NCBI GenBank assembly: GCA_965232515.1
Contig: CBDDPY010000002.1
Coordinates: 2,592,001-2,656,000 of the forward strand
Direction: 5' to 3'
DNA length: 64,000 nt
Source of the DNA: Alphaproteobacteria bacterium
GTDB taxonomy: Bacteria; Pseudomonadota; Alphaproteobacteria; GCA-2731375
The notes under the pieces are model-generated. The model ran no database searches, was not told the DNA's origin, and saw nothing but the letters and a program-made list of their open reading frames with translations. Positions 1 through 13,139 of this stretch are shown piece by piece. A program made the translations under genes and the position numbers. Within the stretch, counting starts at the first letter, position 1, and every line of letters begins with the position of its first letter.

Positions 1-155
1 CTCCTTTTGACCGCTGACGCAAAGTGTCCCGGAGATGAGTAACGAGGATTACTTACAGTACCCGGCAAACGCTCCGACAATCTGCCCTCATTCCCATTTA
101 ACTGCGTCACCGGGAGTTGATACCTGCATTTGCGCCGGAATGTACTTAGATATGG

Positions 156-1523
156 TTAACGATTCAAGGGTGATAGCGGTGACCAAGCGGGATCTGAAGC
201 GTCGATCGGTGTCATTATTTCGCGATCGTTGTAACCGGTAAGGTCCACGGACCAGAGACGCGTGCTGCCGCCGTTGCCCTGATTGTCGGACGGCTCCTGC
301 CGAAAGAACATCAGGACCCGGCCGTTCGGGGCCCAAGTCGGCCCTTCGACAAGAAAACTCTCGGCCAAAAGGCGTTCGCCGCTGCCATCGACGCGCATCA
401 CGCCGATGAAGAAGCGGCCTTTTGAAATCTTCGTAAAGGCGATCAGATCGCCACGCGGCGACCAGACGGGTGTTGCATATCTGCCATCACCGAAGGAAAT
501 CCGCTGTACGCCGCTGCCGTCGGCGTTCATCACGTAGAGCTGCTGACTGCCGCCGCGGTCGGAATTGAAAACGATTCGGCTCCCGTCCGGCGAATAGCAC
601 GGCGACGTATCGATCGCTGGATGGCTCGTCAGTTGCTGAATCTGGCGGGTCCGGAGGTCCATCACATAGACATCGGAATTGCCGTTCCGCGCCAGACTCA
701 TGATCACCCGGTTGCCGTCCGGCGAGAAGCGCGGCGCGAAGGTCATGCCGGGGAAGTCGCCGAGGACTTCCTGCTTGCCGGTATCGATGTTGTAGAGATA
801 CACGCGCGGCTTCTCGGCGATGTACGACAGATAGGTAATCTCCTGCCGCGTCGGCGAGAAGCGCGGCGTCAGCACCAGGTGGCCGCCATCTGTCAGGAAA
901 CGATGGCCGGCGCCGTCCTGATCCATTATCGCCAGGCGTTTGACCCGGCGGTCGGCCGGCCCGCTCTCGGCGATGTAGACGACCCGCGTGTCGAAATAGC
1001 CTTCCTCGCCGGTCAGACGCTTATAGATCGCATCCGAAATTATGTGCGCGATCCGCCGCCAGTTGCCGGGTGTCGTGAAGTAGACGAGGCCCGTCATCTG
1101 CTCGCCGGCCAGCACGTCCCAAAGACGGAACTCGACGCGCAGCCGCCCGTCCGGCTGCAGCTCGACCTTGCCGGTGACCAGCGCCTGGGCATTCAGCACC
1201 CGCCAATCGGCGAACCGCGGCTGCACCTGCATCGATTCTGGTTTCTGTATGAACGACGACGGATTGAGCGGGCGAAACAGACCCGATCTTTCCAAGTTGT
1301 TGGTGATGACGCCGGAGATGTCCTTGCCCGTCTGCGCGGAAGCGCCCCCCGGGTTGAAGAACTCGGGGAGCGCGATCGGCAGGGGATCGACGTTGCCCTG
1401 GGTAATGTCGATTTCCAGCGCGGCGCGCGCGGGTCCGCCGGCCAACAGCACCAGCAATGCAACCGCGGTCAGTACGCGCGTGCGCCAGACCGGTATCTGC
1501 AGAAGGCTACGATCCAGGATCAT
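156..1523 (-). CDS. tolB: Tol-Pal beta-propeller protein TolB
   Basis: [15 protein letters not shown]-terminus and PD40 repeats (PRFSPDG, PVWSPRG); start chosen at ATG 1523, which overlaps the tolA stop (ATGA). Confidence 0.95.
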   Translation of the reverse strand: MILDRSLLQIPVWRTRVLTAVALLVLLAGGPARAALEIDITQGNVDPLPIALPEFFNPGGASAQTGKDISGVITNNLERSGLFRPLNPSSFIQKPESMQVQPRFADWRVLNAQALVTGKVELQPDGRLRVEFRLWDVLAGEQMTGLVYFTTPGNWRRIAHIISDAIYKRLTGEEGYFDTRVVYIAESGPADRRVKRLAIMDQDGAGHRFLTDGGHLVLTPRFSPTRQEITYLSYIAEKPRVYLYNIDTGKQEVLGDFPGMTFAPRFSPDGNRVIMSLARNGNSDVYVMDLRTRQIQQLTSHPAIDTSPCYSPDGSRIVFNSDRGGSQQLYVMNADGSGVQRISFGDGRYATPVWSPRGDLIAFTKISKGRFFIGVMRVDGSGERLLAESFLVEGPTWAPNGRVLMFFRQEPSDNQGNGGSTRLWSVDLTGYNDREIMTPIDASDPAWSPLSPLNR

Positions 1524-2431
1524 CCTTGCAACATCTCCTTCGGGTTGAAGGTCAGCGTGATCTCGCGCCAACGCTCATACTTTGTGACCGGCAGGTTCTT
1601 CAAGGGGCTGCACTTCTGCACGGCGCGGCGCGCGCTCTCCGCGGCGACCCGGAAGAACTCCTCGCCCGGCCGAGTCATGCGCCCGCCATCGATGATCTCG
1701 GGCGGCCGGGCGAGCGAACCATCCGGCTTGAGAAAGATCCTGATCTGAACGATCAGGTTCTCGGCATCTCGCGCGCCGGCGGGTATCGACCAGCATTGCT
1801 GGATCTGAAACCGGATCGCGTCGATCTCGCTCATCGTCAACGGCTGGTCCGAACTCAGCGCCACTCGTGGCGTCGGCTTCCGTTCGGCCTGCGCCGCCTT
1901 CGCCGTTGTCTCCGCCGCCTTGGCGACGGGCTGTTTCTGATCCTTCATGCGCTTGTCAAGCAGCGCGGCGATACGGTCGGCACTGAAGCGCTTCTCCGGC
2001 TTGACCGGTTTGGTCCGCGGCTTCGGCGCCTTGGAGAGGTCGACCGGCTTGGCCTGCGGTTCGGGTTTCGGTTTCGGCTTGGGTTCCGGCTTCGGCACCT
2101 CCGCCAGTTCCTTCGGCTTCGGTTCCGGCTTCGGCGCCGGCGGCGTCGGCTTCGCTTCCGGCGGGGCCGGCGGCGGCGGCGCTGGCGCGGCCACGGGCTC
2201 GGGCGGCTTCGGCGGCGGCTTCTTCTCGACCTCGACTTCCTTGACGGGCTCCGGCTCGGGTTCCGGCTCCGGCGGCGCCTGGCTGGTGGTGACTTCGTCG
2301 ACCGTCACCAGTTCGACCAGCAATGGCTGTGTCTCGAGCTCGTCAGGTTGGAACAGGCTGGGCAGACCGAACACCGCAAGTACGATCATGCTGACATGCA
2401 GCATGGCGGATATGATCAGCCCGTTACGCAA
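1520..2431 (-). CDS. tolA: TolA cell-envelope integrity protein
   Basis: N-terminal TM (SAMLH), Pro/Lys/Glu-rich linker, C-terminal QIQQCW...AVQKCSPL; lies between tolR and tolB. Confidence 0.9.
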   Translation of the reverse strand: MRNGLIISAMLHVSMIVLAVFGLPSLFQPDELETQPLLVELVTVDEVTTSQAPPEPEPEPEPVKEVEVEKKPPPKPPEPVAAPAPPPPAPPEAKPTPPAPKPEPKPKELAEVPKPEPKPKPKPEPQAKPVDLSKAPKPRTKPVKPEKRFSADRIAALLDKRMKDQKQPVAKAAETTAKAAQAERKPTPRVALSSDQPLTMSEIDAIRFQIQQCWSIPAGARDAENLIVQIRIFLKPDGSLARPPEIIDGGRMTRPGEEFFRVAAESARRAVQKCSPLKNLPVTKYERWREITLTFNPKEMLQG

Positions 2432-2440
2432 CGGTTCGCC

Positions 2441-2884
2441 CTAATTGTCCACGGTCGGCGCCTCGGCAACGAGCGCGACCTTGTTGAAACCGGCGGCATT
2501 GATCGTGCTCATCACCGTCATCACCCGGCCATAGTCGATGGCGCGGTCGCCGCGGACGAAGATCCGCGTTTCGCCGTTGCGGGTCTGGGCGATCGCCTGT
2601 AGGCGCGGCACCAGCTCCGACATCTCGATTTCGGTCTCCTGCAGAAAGACCTTGCCGGCGGTATCGACCGTGATGGTCAACGGCTCTTCCGAACCCTGCA
2701 GGTTCTGCGCGCTGGCTTTCGGCAGGTCGACCGGCACGCCGACGGTCAACAGCGGCGCGGTGATCATGAACACGACCAGCAGCACCAGCATGACGTCGAC
2801 GAACGGCGTGATGTTGATCTCGGACATCGGCCGATGCCGGGCCGACGCGCTGCGCGCCTTGGCATGACGCATAAAGACCGCCAT
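2441..2884 (-). CDS. tolR: TolR/ExbD
   Basis: SEINITPFVDVMLVLLVVFM motif. Confidence 0.95.
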   Translation of the reverse strand: MAVFMRHAKARSASARHRPMSEINITPFVDVMLVLLVVFMITAPLLTVGVPVDLPKASAQNLQGSEEPLTITVDTAGKVFLQETEIEMSELVPRLQAIAQTRNGETRIFVRGDRAIDYGRVMTVMSTINAAGFNKVALVAEAPTVDN

Positions 2885-3618
2885 CAGCCCTGCCTCTCCT
2901 CGAGTTGACGCGACAGGATGGCCGAGAACTCGCCGACGAAGCCGTCGAGGCGATTGGCGTAGCGGCCGAGATCGTCGGAGAACTTGTTGTAGGCGACCAC
3001 GGCCGGGATCGCGGCGATCAGGCCCAGCGCCGTCGCGAACAAAGCTTCCGCGATGCCGGGCGCGACGACGGCTAGGTTGGTGTTCTTGCTGAGCGCGATC
3101 GACTGGAAGCTGTTCATGATGCCCCAGACGGTGCCGAACAGGCCGATGAACGGCGCCGTCGAGCCGACGGTCGCCAGGAAGCCGAGATAGCGTTCCAGCC
3201 GCTGCATCTCGCGGTCCATGGTCACCTGCATGACCTGACCGATGCGTTCCTTGATGCCGGCACGGAGCGACTGCTCATTGCCGATCCCCTTGGCGGTCGA
3301 CCGGCGCCATTCGCGCATGGCGGACGCGAACAGGATCTCCATCGGGTGATCGGGTCTGGCGCCGATATGGTCGTAGAGGTCCTCGAGGCTTCCGCCGGAC
3401 CAGAACGAGTCTTCGAACTCGTCGGCCTGCGCGCGCAGACGGCGGAAGCGCAGCCACTTCTCGAAGATGATCGCCCAGCACCAGACGGAGGCGACGAGAA
3501 GCAGCAGCATCACCGCTTTGACGACGAAATCTGCTTTCAGGAACAGGCCCCATAACGACATGTCTACGTCCGCTACCGAGCCCGCTAGAGCGAGGGCATC
3601 AACCGCTTGGTTTTCCAT
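2884..3618 (-). CDS. tolQ: TolQ
   Basis: LATVGSTAPFIGLFGTVWGIM and APGIAEAL motifs. Confidence 0.95.
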   Translation of the reverse strand: MENQAVDALALAGSVADVDMSLWGLFLKADFVVKAVMLLLLVASVWCWAIIFEKWLRFRRLRAQADEFEDSFWSGGSLEDLYDHIGARPDHPMEILFASAMREWRRSTAKGIGNEQSLRAGIKERIGQVMQVTMDREMQRLERYLGFLATVGSTAPFIGLFGTVWGIMNSFQSIALSKNTNLAVVAPGIAEALFATALGLIAAIPAVVAYNKFSDDLGRYANRLDGFVGEFSAILSRQLEERQG

Positions 3619-3641
3619 GCGCCTTTGTCACACGTTCATGG

Positions 3642-4088
3642 TTAACAGGATCTAATTGTCATTGCCGTCAGGGCCGCACGGACCGGCGCCGGCAGGCGTT
3701 GCGGCCGACCGCCGCGCCCGGTGCAGGCGAGACGGATCTTGCCCCGCGCCAGCACCGCGTCGGCGCGCGTCACGTCCTGGTCCAGATCGATGGTCGCGCC
3801 GCCGACGGCACGCACGGTGGTATGCACATCCAGTTCGTCGCCCAGGCGCGCCGGCGCCAGGTAGTCGATCTCGCAGCGCCGCACCGGAAACACGATCCCC
3901 TCCTCGGCCAGCAGGGCGCTCTGATCGATGCCAGCGGCCTCGACCATCTCGCTGCGCGCGCGCTCGAAGAATTTCAGGAAGTTCGCGTAATAGACGATGC
4001 CGGCCGCGTCCGTGTCTTCCCAATAAACCCGCAATCGAAAGCGCTGCGGCGCCGCCGTGACGGCGGCATCGATGGCCGTCGTCGTCAT
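3642..4088 (-). CDS. ybgC: Tol-Pal-associated acyl-CoA thioesterase
   Basis: [26 protein letters not shown]. Confidence 0.92.
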   Translation of the reverse strand: MTTTAIDAAVTAAPQRFRLRVYWEDTDAAGIVYYANFLKFFERARSEMVEAAGIDQSALLAEEGIVFPVRRCEIDYLAPARLGDELDVHTTVRAVGGATIDLDQDVTRADAVLARGKIRLACTGRGGRPQRLPAPVRAALTAMTIRSC

Positions 4089-5143
4089 GCGTCGTTCCCG
4101 TCATCCGCCAGCAGGTCCAGTTGCGCCTGTACCGATGTCGGCACGGCGAGCCCGAGATGCGCGAAGCCGTTTTGTGTCAACATCCGGCCGCGCGGCGTGC
4201 GATGCAGAAAGCCCTGTTGGATCAGATAGGGCTCGATGATCTCCTCGATCGCGTCCCGCGGCTCGGACAAGGCCGCGGCCATGGTTTCGACACCGACCGG
4301 CCCGCCGCCGAAATCGCTGGCGATGCGCGACAGGTACCGGCGGTCCATGGCGTCGAGGCCGCGCTGATCGACCTCCAGCCGGTTGAGCGCGGCATCGGCC
4401 TTGACGGCATCGACGGTTTCGGCGCCGGCGACGGCGGCGAAGTCGCGTACCCGCCGCAACAGCCGGATCGCCACGCGCGGCGTGCCGCGTGACCTTTTTG
4501 CCACCTCGCGCGCGCCGTCCGCCGTCAGGTTCATGTCCAGCAGCTTGGCGCCGCGGCGGACGATCCGGTCGAGCTCGTCGACATCGTAGAAGTTCAGTCT
4601 GACCGGAATGCCGAAACGCTCGCGCAGCGGTGTCGTGATCAGGCCCGAACGGGTGGTCGCGCCCACCAGCGTGAACGGTGGCAGATCGATGCGCACGTTG
4701 CGCGCGGCCGGCCCCTCGCCAATGACCAGATCGAGCTGAAAATCCTCCATGGCCGGATACAACACCTCTTCCACGGCAGGATTAAGGCGATGTATCTCGT
4801 CGATGAACAAAACATCGCCGGACTGCAGATGCGTCAGGATCGCGGCCAGGTCGCCGGCCTTGGCGATGACCGGGCCCGACGTGGCGCGGAAGTTGACGCC
4901 GAGCTCGCGCGCGACGATCTGCGCCAGCGTCGTCTTGCCCAGGCCCGGCGGTCCGAAGAACAGCACGTGGTCCAGCGCCTCGCCGCGGCCCTTGGCCGCC
5001 TCGATATAGACTTTCAGATTCTCGCACTCGGCCCGCTGACCGACGAAGTCGCTCAACAGCTGCGGCCGTAAGCCCACATCGCCGGCGTCCTCGGCCGTGC
5101 CGTCGGGATTGACCAGCCGGGGCGTCCCGGCGCTGTCGGTCAT
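4085..5143 (-). CDS. ruvB: Holliday junction helicase RuvB
   Basis: [22 protein letters not shown]. Confidence 0.98.
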   Translation of the reverse strand: MTDSAGTPRLVNPDGTAEDAGDVGLRPQLLSDFVGQRAECENLKVYIEAAKGRGEALDHVLFFGPPGLGKTTLAQIVARELGVNFRATSGPVIAKAGDLAAILTHLQSGDVLFIDEIHRLNPAVEEVLYPAMEDFQLDLVIGEGPAARNVRIDLPPFTLVGATTRSGLITTPLRERFGIPVRLNFYDVDELDRIVRRGAKLLDMNLTADGAREVAKRSRGTPRVAIRLLRRVRDFAAVAGAETVDAVKADAALNRLEVDQRGLDAMDRRYLSRIASDFGGGPVGVETMAAALSEPRDAIEEIIEPYLIQQGFLHRTPRGRMLTQNGFAHLGLAVPTSVQAQLDLLADDGNDA

Positions 5144-5757
5144 CGGGCCAGCTCCTGCAGGCTGCCGCGGATCAGGGCCTGCAGATCCGTTTCCGCGCCG
5201 AGCGTGCGCACGGTCGTCTGCACCGCGCTCAACGCGTCAGGCTGCCGGTAGCCGAGATTGACCAGGGCCGAAACCGCGTCGCCGGCGGCATCGCCCAGCG
5301 CGACCGCGGGACCGGCCGCCTCGGCGCCAGCCACGACACCCGGACCGAGGGCGAGATTGCCGACCTTGTCCTTCAGCTCGTTGACGACGCGCGTGGCGAG
5401 CTTCGGCCCGACGCTGGGCGCGCGGGTCAGCGCCGTCTTGTCCTGGGTCATGATCGCCTGCAGCAGCTCGCCCGGCGCCAGCACCGACAGCACGCCGAGC
5501 GCCACGCGGGCGCCGATGCCCTGCACGCTCTGCAGCAGGTTGAACCAGTCGCGCTCGGCCTGATCGGCGAAGCCGAACAAATGGATGTGGTCCTCGCGGA
5601 CATGGGTTTCGGTGTGGACCTCGACCGCCTCGCCCGCCGACGGCAGCGCCGAGAGCGTACGGCCCGAGCAGAACACGCGATAGCCGACGCCGCCGACATC
5701 GATCACCGCCCAATCGTCGCCGACGCTGTCGACGCGGCCTTTCAGTTTGGCGATCAT
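5140..5757 (-). CDS. ruvA: Holliday junction binding protein RuvA
   Basis: [24 protein letters not shown]. Confidence 0.97.
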   Translation of the reverse strand: MIAKLKGRVDSVGDDWAVIDVGGVGYRVFCSGRTLSALPSAGEAVEVHTETHVREDHIHLFGFADQAERDWFNLLQSVQGIGARVALGVLSVLAPGELLQAIMTQDKTALTRAPSVGPKLATRVVNELKDKVGNLALGPGVVAGAEAAGPAVALGDAAGDAVSALVNLGYRQPDALSAVQTTVRTLGAETDLQALIRGSLQELAR

Positions 5758-6269
5758 CCGCCGGCGCCCGCCGCGGCGATGGCTGTGTCGATGCGGGCCG
5801 CCGATTGCCGGTGATGCGCGTGGCAGATGGCGACCGCCAGCGCGTCGGCCGCGTCCGCCGCGGCGATCGCAACGCCCGGCAGCAGGGTCTGCACCATCAT
5901 TTCGATCTGGCGCTTCTGGGCGTGGCCGGTGCCGACGATCGATTTCTTGATCAGGTTCGGCGCGTACTCCGCCACCGTCAGGCCGGCAAGCGCCGGCGCC
6001 AGCAGCGCGATGCCGCGGGCCTGGCCCAGCTTCAGGGTCGAGGTCGGATTCTTGTTGACGAAGGTCTCCTCGACCGCCGCCTCCTCGGGCGCGTAGTCGT
6101 CCAGCACCGCGTTCACGCCCTCAAACAGCTGCCGCAGGCGGTCGGACAGCGCGCGATCCGGATCGGACCGCACCAAGCCGTTCGCGACATGGCGCAGGCG
6201 ATTGCCCGATGCCTCGATGATGCCCCACCCGGTATGCCGCAGGCCGGGGTCCAATCCGATGATGCGCAT
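5754..6269 (-). CDS. ruvC: Holliday junction resolvase RuvC
   Basis: [28 protein letters not shown]. Confidence 0.97.
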   Translation of the reverse strand: MRIIGLDPGLRHTGWGIIEASGNRLRHVANGLVRSDPDRALSDRLRQLFEGVNAVLDDYAPEEAAVEETFVNKNPTSTLKLGQARGIALLAPALAGLTVAEYAPNLIKKSIVGTGHAQKRQIEMMVQTLLPGVAIAAADAADALAVAICHAHHRQSAARIDTAIAAAGAGG

Positions 6270-6282
6270 GCCCTCTCCGGTC

Positions 6283-7032
6283 TCAGGCGCTCAGCTTCTG
6301 CATGACCTCTTCAGAGACATCGAAGTTGGCCGTGATCTGCTGCACGTCATCGTTGTCTTCCAGCACTTCCAGCATTTTGAACAGGGTCGATGCCGTGTCC
6401 TCGTCGATCGGGATCGTCGACTGCGGCCGCCAGGTCAGCCGGGCGCTGCGCGGATCGCCAAAGCGGCTTTCCAGCGCCTCGCGCACCTGATGCAGATCGT
6501 CGGGCGCGCAGACGATCGTATGCCCCTCGTCCGACGTCTCGACGTCGTCGGCCCCGGCCTCGACCGCGGCCTCGAACATTTCGTCGGCGCCGGCCGCGTC
6601 GGCCGCATACTCGATGGCGCCGATGCGGTCGAACATGAAGGCGACGCTGTTGGTCTCGCCCAACGAACCGCCATACTTGCCGAAGGTCGCGCGGACGTCG
6701 GAGGCCGTGCGGTTGCGGTTGTCGGTCAGCGCCTCGACGATCACGCCGACGCCGCCGACGGCAAAGCCCTCGTAGCGGATCTCCTCGTAGGCCTCGCCCT
6801 CGCCGCCCTGGGTCGCCCGTTTGATGGCGCGCTCGACATTGTCCTTCGGCATGTTGGCGGCGCGCGCGGCCTGGATGGCGGCGCGGAGACGGGGGTTCAT
6901 GGCCGGATCAGGCAGCCCCTGGCGCGCGGCGACCGTCAGCTCGCGAATAAGCTTGGCGAAAACCTTGGCGCGCTTCGCGTCCTGCGCGCCCTTGCGGTAC
7001 ATGATGTTCTTGAATTGGGAATGACCGGCCAT
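6283..7032 (-). CDS. yebC: YebC/PmpR family protein
   Basis: [25 protein letters not shown]. Confidence 0.97.
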   Translation of the reverse strand: MAGHSQFKNIMYRKGAQDAKRAKVFAKLIRELTVAARQGLPDPAMNPRLRAAIQAARAANMPKDNVERAIKRATQGGEGEAYEEIRYEGFAVGGVGVIVEALTDNRNRTASDVRATFGKYGGSLGETNSVAFMFDRIGAIEYAADAAGADEMFEAAVEAGADDVETSDEGHTIVCAPDDLHQVREALESRFGDPRSARLTWRPQSTIPIDEDTASTLFKMLEVLEDNDDVQQITANFDVSEEVMQKLSA

Positions 7033-7244
7033 GGTCGAAGATTACCCTTGTCTTGTATGCAACCCGCCCAACATCTACTAGATATTGTGGCAACCTGCAG
7101 CAATTAGCCCTAACAACGCAATATGGCAAGATTGAGGCGTGGCGCCGGTCCGGCACGGCCGGCCGAACGTAAAGCTTCCTTAATGCCGATGTCCGAAAAT
7201 GCCAACCTTTTGCACATCCTGCGACGCCACCGGGAGGGCGTGAA

Positions 7245-7535
7245 GTGGGACGAGTCCAAGACGAAAAACCGCTCGTGCTGGACGCGGAGTCGCTGCCCGA
7301 GTGGATCGACATCGCGCGCCGCATCGACGAGGTAATCGGCGAGATCTATCGCGTCAGCAACAACATGAATGTTGCGGCGCTGGATGCCGTGCTCGAGGTG
7401 GCGGAAACGTCAACGCGTCTACGGACCGCGGCCGCCGAAGCCAAGTCGCTGGCTGACCAGGTCGCCGGTGCCACTGCGGCGTTGACCGCGCAGTTCCGGC
7501 ACGACACCTCAAACCAGTCCGGCGACGGCGCCTAG
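7245..7535 (+). CDS. hypothetical helical protein (96 aa)
   Basis: GTG start with GGGAGG upstream; fills the yebC-ymdB gap on the opposite strand; no recognised motif. Confidence 0.5.
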   Translation: MGRVQDEKPLVLDAESLPEWIDIARRIDEVIGEIYRVSNNMNVAALDAVLEVAETSTRLRTAAAEAKSLADQVAGATAALTAQFRHDTSNQSGDGA

Positions 7536-7538
7536 CCG

Positions 7539-8351
7539 CTATCGCGGCCAGCAGGCGGAAAGCTGTCCGCCCTCGCGCAGCGACGCCACATAAGTGGCGC
7601 GACCGGTGCGGTCGTCGCTCTCGACATAAACCCCGCAAATCGTCGTCTCGCCCAGCGCCGCCGTGAAGCGGCCGGTGGCGATCTTGCGGGTGAACCGCTG
7701 CAACGGCTCAACCTTGTCCATGCCGATCACCGACGCATAGTCGCCGCACATGCCGACATCGCTGATATAGGCGGTGCCGCCCTCCATGACGTGCGCGTCG
7801 GCCGTCGGGACATGGGTATGCGTGCCGGCGACCAGCGAGACGCGGCCGTCGAGATAATGACCCATCGCCATCTTCTCGCTGGTGGCCTCGCCGTGAATAT
7901 CGACCATCACGAACTGCGCGTCGCGGCCCAATTCGATGTCGGCGAGCGCCGCGTCGACACAGGCGAAAGGATCGTCGAGCGGATCCATGAACACCCGCCC
8001 CATGACCTGCACGACGATCGCCGTCCGACCGCCCTTCACCTTGTAACGGCCGATGCCGCTGCCCGGCGCGCTGGCGGGAAAGTTCTGCGGCCGCAGCAGC
8101 CGCGGCTCGCGCTCGAAGACCGGCAGGATCTCCTTTTGGTCCCAGACATGGTTGCCGGTAACGATGACGTCGGCGCCGGCCTCGAACAGTTGGTCGCAGA
8201 TCTCCGACGTGATGCCGAAACCGCCGGCCGCGTTCTCGCCGTTGACGACGACGAAATCGAGCGCCAGCTTCTTGATCAGCTTCGGCAGGCGCTGACCGAC
8301 CGTGTTGCGCGCCGTGCGCCCGACGATGTCGCCGAGATAGAGCGTCTTCAT
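7539..8351 (-). CDS. ymdB: YmdB/TIGR00282 metallophosphoesterase
   Basis: LGDIVG, NGENAAGG, TGNH, HGEATSEK, GTHTHV. Confidence 0.93.
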   Translation of the reverse strand: MKTLYLGDIVGRTARNTVGQRLPKLIKKLALDFVVVNGENAAGGFGITSEICDQLFEAGADVIVTGNHVWDQKEILPVFEREPRLLRPQNFPASAPGSGIGRYKVKGGRTAIVVQVMGRVFMDPLDDPFACVDAALADIELGRDAQFVMVDIHGEATSEKMAMGHYLDGRVSLVAGTHTHVPTADAHVMEGGTAYISDVGMCGDYASVIGMDKVEPLQRFTRKIATGRFTAALGETTICGVYVESDDRTGRATYVASLREGGQLSACWPR

Positions 8352-8956
8352 GCGGCGCGCTCCGGAAAACGGACGGCGCCGGCCTCGCTGACCAGCCAGT
8401 CCAGCGGCTCGTCGCCGTCATCGTGCGGCAGGGCCTCGACGCGCTGGCCGGCGAAGGCAAGCCCGACCGCCGACACGCCCCAGTCCTGCGCGCGCAATGC
8501 CGCGAACGTGCGGTCGTAGTAGCCACCGCCATAGCCGAGGCGATAGCCGTCATCGTCGAAGGCCAGCAGCGGCGCGACGATGACATCGGGCCGCACCGCC
8601 GCGGCGTTATCCGGCGGCACCGACACGCCGAACGATCCGGTCTGCAATTCCGTGTCCGGCGTCCAGGCGCGAAACACCAGCGGTTCGGCCCGGCCGGTCA
8701 CGACGGGCAAGGCGCAGAAATGGCCATCGGCATGCAACGCCGACAGCAGCGGCCGGCAGTCGAACTCGTCCGGCAACGGCCAGTATCCCGCAACCGTCGT
8801 CCGTCCGCGCAGCGGCAGCGCCTCGCGGAAGTGCGCGACGGCCCGCCCGCCGGCCACGTCCGCGCCGGTGGCGGCCAACCGCCGCCTGCGCGCCCGCGTC
8901 TCTGACCGGAGCGCCTGCTTGCGCGCCTTGAGTTCGTCGCTAACCACTGGCTGCAT
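8348..8956 (-). CDS. ygfA: 5-formyltetrahydrofolate cyclo-ligase
   Basis: PLLAFD..GYRLGYGGGYYDRT. Confidence 0.95.
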   Translation of the reverse strand: MQPVVSDELKARKQALRSETRARRRRLAATGADVAGGRAVAHFREALPLRGRTTVAGYWPLPDEFDCRPLLSALHADGHFCALPVVTGRAEPLVFRAWTPDTELQTGSFGVSVPPDNAAAVRPDVIVAPLLAFDDDGYRLGYGGGYYDRTFAALRAQDWGVSAVGLAFAGQRVEALPHDDGDEPLDWLVSEAGAVRFPERAA

Positions 8957-8996
8957 GTGTTTGGAAACTGCCTTGCCGGGCCATGTGATGTCGAAA

Positions 8997-9158
8997 GCGG
9001 GACCGCAGCGACCGTGAGCGTTTCTCGCTCTCCTGTGGCCTACATAACGTAGGTGGGCGCCGTTGATACCGAGACCACGATCCCGGAAGGGACAGCTCCC
9101 GTCACAGTCGATATTGGCCCAGGGACCGTAACGCTTGCACGCATCGTGCAGTGCCCGC
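8997..9158 (-). ncRNA. ssrS: 6S RNA
   Basis: Canonical position between zapA and 5-FCL; ends pair (GCGGG/CCCGC); alphaproteobacterial-like blocks GGGAGCTGTCCC and GGCGCCCACC on the minus strand; boundaries approximate. Confidence 0.88.
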
Positions 9159-9169
9159 CGGATGTCTAA

Positions 9170-9502
9170 TTAAGTCGTTTCCAGGCTGGCGGCAACGGTC
9201 TCGACCCGCGCGGCCAAATCCTCCATCGCTTCGGCCGCGCCGTTATCGCCCTCCGTTGCCCCGGCGCCGGCGCCGCCGGCCTTGAGGTCGTCGAGCTCAT
9301 GATAAGCTTCTGCCAGCTCGTCGGCGATCAACAGCGAGACCATCAGCAGCAGCCGCGCCTCGCCCACCTGGCCGACGGTTCCGGTCAGCTCGCCGACCCG
9401 TTCGTCCAAATAAGATGCCAGCTCGGTGACGTGCTCCTCGTCGCCGTCGTCGCAGGCAATCTGGTAGTCTCGTCCGTTGACGGTGACGGTGACCTGCGCC
9501 AC
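9170..9502 (-). CDS. zapA: cell division protein ZapA
   Basis: VTVNGRDYQIACDDGDEEH...RLLLMVSLLIADEL. Confidence 0.93.
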   Translation of the reverse strand: MAQVTVTVNGRDYQIACDDGDEEHVTELASYLDERVGELTGTVGQVGEARLLLMVSLLIADELAEAYHELDDLKAGGAGAGATEGDNGAAEAMEDLAARVETVAASLETT

Positions 9503-9503
9503 G

Positions 9504-9776
9504 TCACGCGCCCCGCATCGTTTTCAGATCGCCGATGGCATGATCCAGACGGTTCGACACCGTCGCCGTGACCTCGCGCAGCTTGCGGTAATCGGCGCGA
9601 ATCGTATCCAGTTCGCGCATCAGCCGTTCGCGTTCGTCGCGCAGCGCCGCCAGCTCCGTCGACAGCCGCGCCGTTTCGTCGCTCGCCGGCTGCTGCGCCT
9701 GCATCTTGCCGACCGCGTTTTCCAGTCGACCGACCGCCGACTCCAAACGCACCTTCGCCGCCTCGATATTGGTCAT
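9504..9776 (-). CDS. coiled-coil protein (DUF4164-like) upstream of zapA
   Basis: [19 protein letters not shown]...VSNRLDHAI; internal ATG of the longer ORF chosen. Confidence 0.75.
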   Translation of the reverse strand: MTNIEAAKVRLESAVGRLENAVGKMQAQQPASDETARLSTELAALRDERERLMRELDTIRADYRKLREVTATVSNRLDHAIGDLKTMRGA

Positions 9777-10077
9777 GAGGCAAATTCGCCTTTTTCCAGA
9801 AAGACTTACGCCGTCACAAACGCGGCAGCATAACCACCAGCGGGAAGTGCCGTCAACCAACCTGGCCTGCCCCGCCACCGGCCGTCCGGAGACGCCCATC
9901 GGGTGCTTGACGGATCGGATCGTGGTCGTCATGTTGGCCGCCGTCGACAGCCCGGAAAACCGGGCCGCTTCCGCACCGAAATCCCCGCCGGCGCACCATG
10001 CTGCAGACGCAACCTTCGAGCCGACAGCAAACTGCTTGCCGGACTTCCGATTCCGAACCCAGCCGGGACACATTGAG

Positions 10078-12084
10078 ATGACAGTCACCGACGCGAAAGT
10101 CGCGCCCGTTGCCGCCAGCCATAACGACATGGCGAACGCGATCCGCGCCTTGTCCATGGACGCCGTCCAGGCCGCCAAGTCGGGCCACCCCGGCATGCCG
10201 ATGGGCATGGCCGATGTCGCGACCGTGCTGTTTACCCGCTTCCTGAATTTCGATCCCGCCGCCCCCGACTGGCCGGACCGCGACCGCTTCGTCCTGTCGG
10301 CCGGGCATGGCTCGATGCTGCTCTACGCCCTGCTCTATCTGACGGGCTACGAGGACATTGACGAGGACCAGATCCGTCGCTTCCGTCAGTTGAGCAGCCG
10401 CACCGCTGGGCATCCGGAGTTCGGTCACGCGGCCGGCATTGAAACCACGACAGGACCGCTGGGCCAGGGCCTGGGCAACGCCGTCGGCATGGCGCTCGCC
10501 GAACGCATCCTCGCCGCCCGTTTCGGCGACGCGTTGGTCGACCATTACACCTATGTCATCGCCGGCGACGGCGATCTGATGGAAGGCGTCAGCCACGAGG
10601 CGGCGTCGCTTGCCGGTCACCTGCGACTGTCGAAGCTGATCGTGCTGTTCGACGACAATCAGATTTCCATCGACGGTCCGACCAGCCTGACCGTCAGCGA
10701 CGATCAGCAGGCGCGCTTCGCCGCCTATGGCTGGGACGTGAGCGCCGTCGACGGTCACGATCCCGAGGCCGTGGCCGCCGCCATCGAGGCGGCGCGCGCC
10801 AGCGATCGGCCGTCGCTGATCGCCTGCCGCACCGAGATCGGCTTCGGCGCGCCGACCAAGGGTGGCACCGCGGCGACACATGGCGCGCCGCTCGGCGACG
10901 AGGAGATCGCGGGCGCCCGCGCGAAGCTCGGCTGGTCGCATCCGCCGTTCGACCTGCCGGACGACGTTCGGTCCGCCTGGCGGCAGTCCGCGACACGCGG
11001 TGAAGATGCGCACGCATCCTGGCGGCAACGCTTCGACGCGGCCGACGCCGATATCCGCGCGGCATTCGAGCGCGCCACCATCGGCGAGCTGCCGGCCGAA
11101 CTCGACACGGCGATCGTTGCGCACAAGCGCGGCCTCAGCGAGTCTGCGCCGACCGTGGCGACGCGCGCGGCGTCGGGCGACGTGCTCGACGTGATCAATG
11201 CGGTCCTGCCGGAGACGATCGGCGGTTCGGCCGACCTGACCGGCTCGAACAATACCCGCAGCTCGCAGCACCGGCCGATCACGGCGGACGATTTCGGCGG
11301 CCGTTACATTCACTACGGCGTGCGCGAGCACGGCATGGCCGCGGCCATGAACGGCATGGCGCTGCATCGCGGCGTCATTCCCTATAGCGGCACGTTTCTG
11401 GTGTTCAGCGATTACTGCCGTCCGTCGATCCGCCTGTCGGCGCTGATGCGCCAGCGCGTCGTCTACGTGATGACGCACGATTCCATCGGCCTCGGCGAAG
11501 ACGGCCCGACCCATCAGCCGATCGAGCATCTGGCAAGCCTGCGCGCCATGCCGAACCTGGCTGTGTTCAGGCCAGCCGACGCGGTCGAGACGGCCGAGTG
11601 CTGGCAGCTGGCCTTGGCCAGCCGCGACCGGCCGTCGGTGCTGGCGCTGACCCGCCAGGGCCTGCCGACCGTTCGGACGGCGCACACGGACGAGAACCTC
11701 AGCGCGCGTGGCGCCTACGAGTTGCGGTCCGCGAACGGCGCGGCCGCCGTCACCCTGCTGGCGACGGGATCGGAAGTCTCGATCGCGCTCGCCGCCGCCG
11801 ATCTGTTGGAGACCGACGGCACGCCGACCCGTGTCGTCTCGATGCCTTGCTGCGAGCTGTTCGATGCCCAGCCGGACGACGTCCGCGCGGCCATCCTCGG
11901 TCCGGGCACGGTCCGCGTCGCCGTCGAGGCCGCGGTCGGCTACGGCTGGGAACGCTATATCGGCCCCGACGGCGGCTTCGTCGGGATGACCGGCTTCGGC
12001 GCCTCGGCCCCGGCCAAGGATCTCTATCGTCATTTCAATATCACGGCCGAAGCGGTGGCTCATGCCGCCAAAGACCGGCTATAA
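10078..12084 (+). CDS. tkt: transketolase
   Basis: [37 protein letters not shown]. Confidence 0.98.
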   Translation: MTVTDAKVAPVAASHNDMANAIRALSMDAVQAAKSGHPGMPMGMADVATVLFTRFLNFDPAAPDWPDRDRFVLSAGHGSMLLYALLYLTGYEDIDEDQIRRFRQLSSRTAGHPEFGHAAGIETTTGPLGQGLGNAVGMALAERILAARFGDALVDHYTYVIAGDGDLMEGVSHEAASLAGHLRLSKLIVLFDDNQISIDGPTSLTVSDDQQARFAAYGWDVSAVDGHDPEAVAAAIEAARASDRPSLIACRTEIGFGAPTKGGTAATHGAPLGDEEIAGARAKLGWSHPPFDLPDDVRSAWRQSATRGEDAHASWRQRFDAADADIRAAFERATIGELPAELDTAIVAHKRGLSESAPTVATRAASGDVLDVINAVLPETIGGSADLTGSNNTRSSQHRPITADDFGGRYIHYGVREHGMAAAMNGMALHRGVIPYSGTFLVFSDYCRPSIRLSALMRQRVVYVMTHDSIGLGEDGPTHQPIEHLASLRAMPNLAVFRPADAVETAECWQLALASRDRPSVLALTRQGLPTVRTAHTDENLSARGAYELRSANGAAAVTLLATGSEVSIALAAADLLETDGTPTRVVSMPCCELFDAQPDDVRAAILGPGTVRVAVEAAVGYGWERYIGPDGGFVGMTGFGASAPAKDLYRHFNITAEAVAHAAKDRL

Positions 12085-12119
12085 ACCGCTAGCGTCAATA
12101 CAACCCCCGGGAGGAATGC

Positions 12120-13127
<1,008 letters not shown>

Positions 13128-13139
13128 GGATCCACCACC

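Noticed and set aside
1-155. Small ORFs at the window start
   Set aside because: More likely the tolB-pal spacer; minus-strand AAAAGGAG at 8-1 looks like the SD of an off-window gene
1900-2300. Tandem repeats in tolA (and 19000-19750)
   Set aside because: Explained by Pro/Lys/Glu- or Pro/Ala-rich protein linkers
9853-12063. Long antisense and alternate-frame ORFs (here and e.g. 30438-32570, 52777-54510, 38083-39400)
   Set aside because: Shadow ORFs of well-supported genes in high-GC DNA; Arg/Gly/Ala-rich with no motifs
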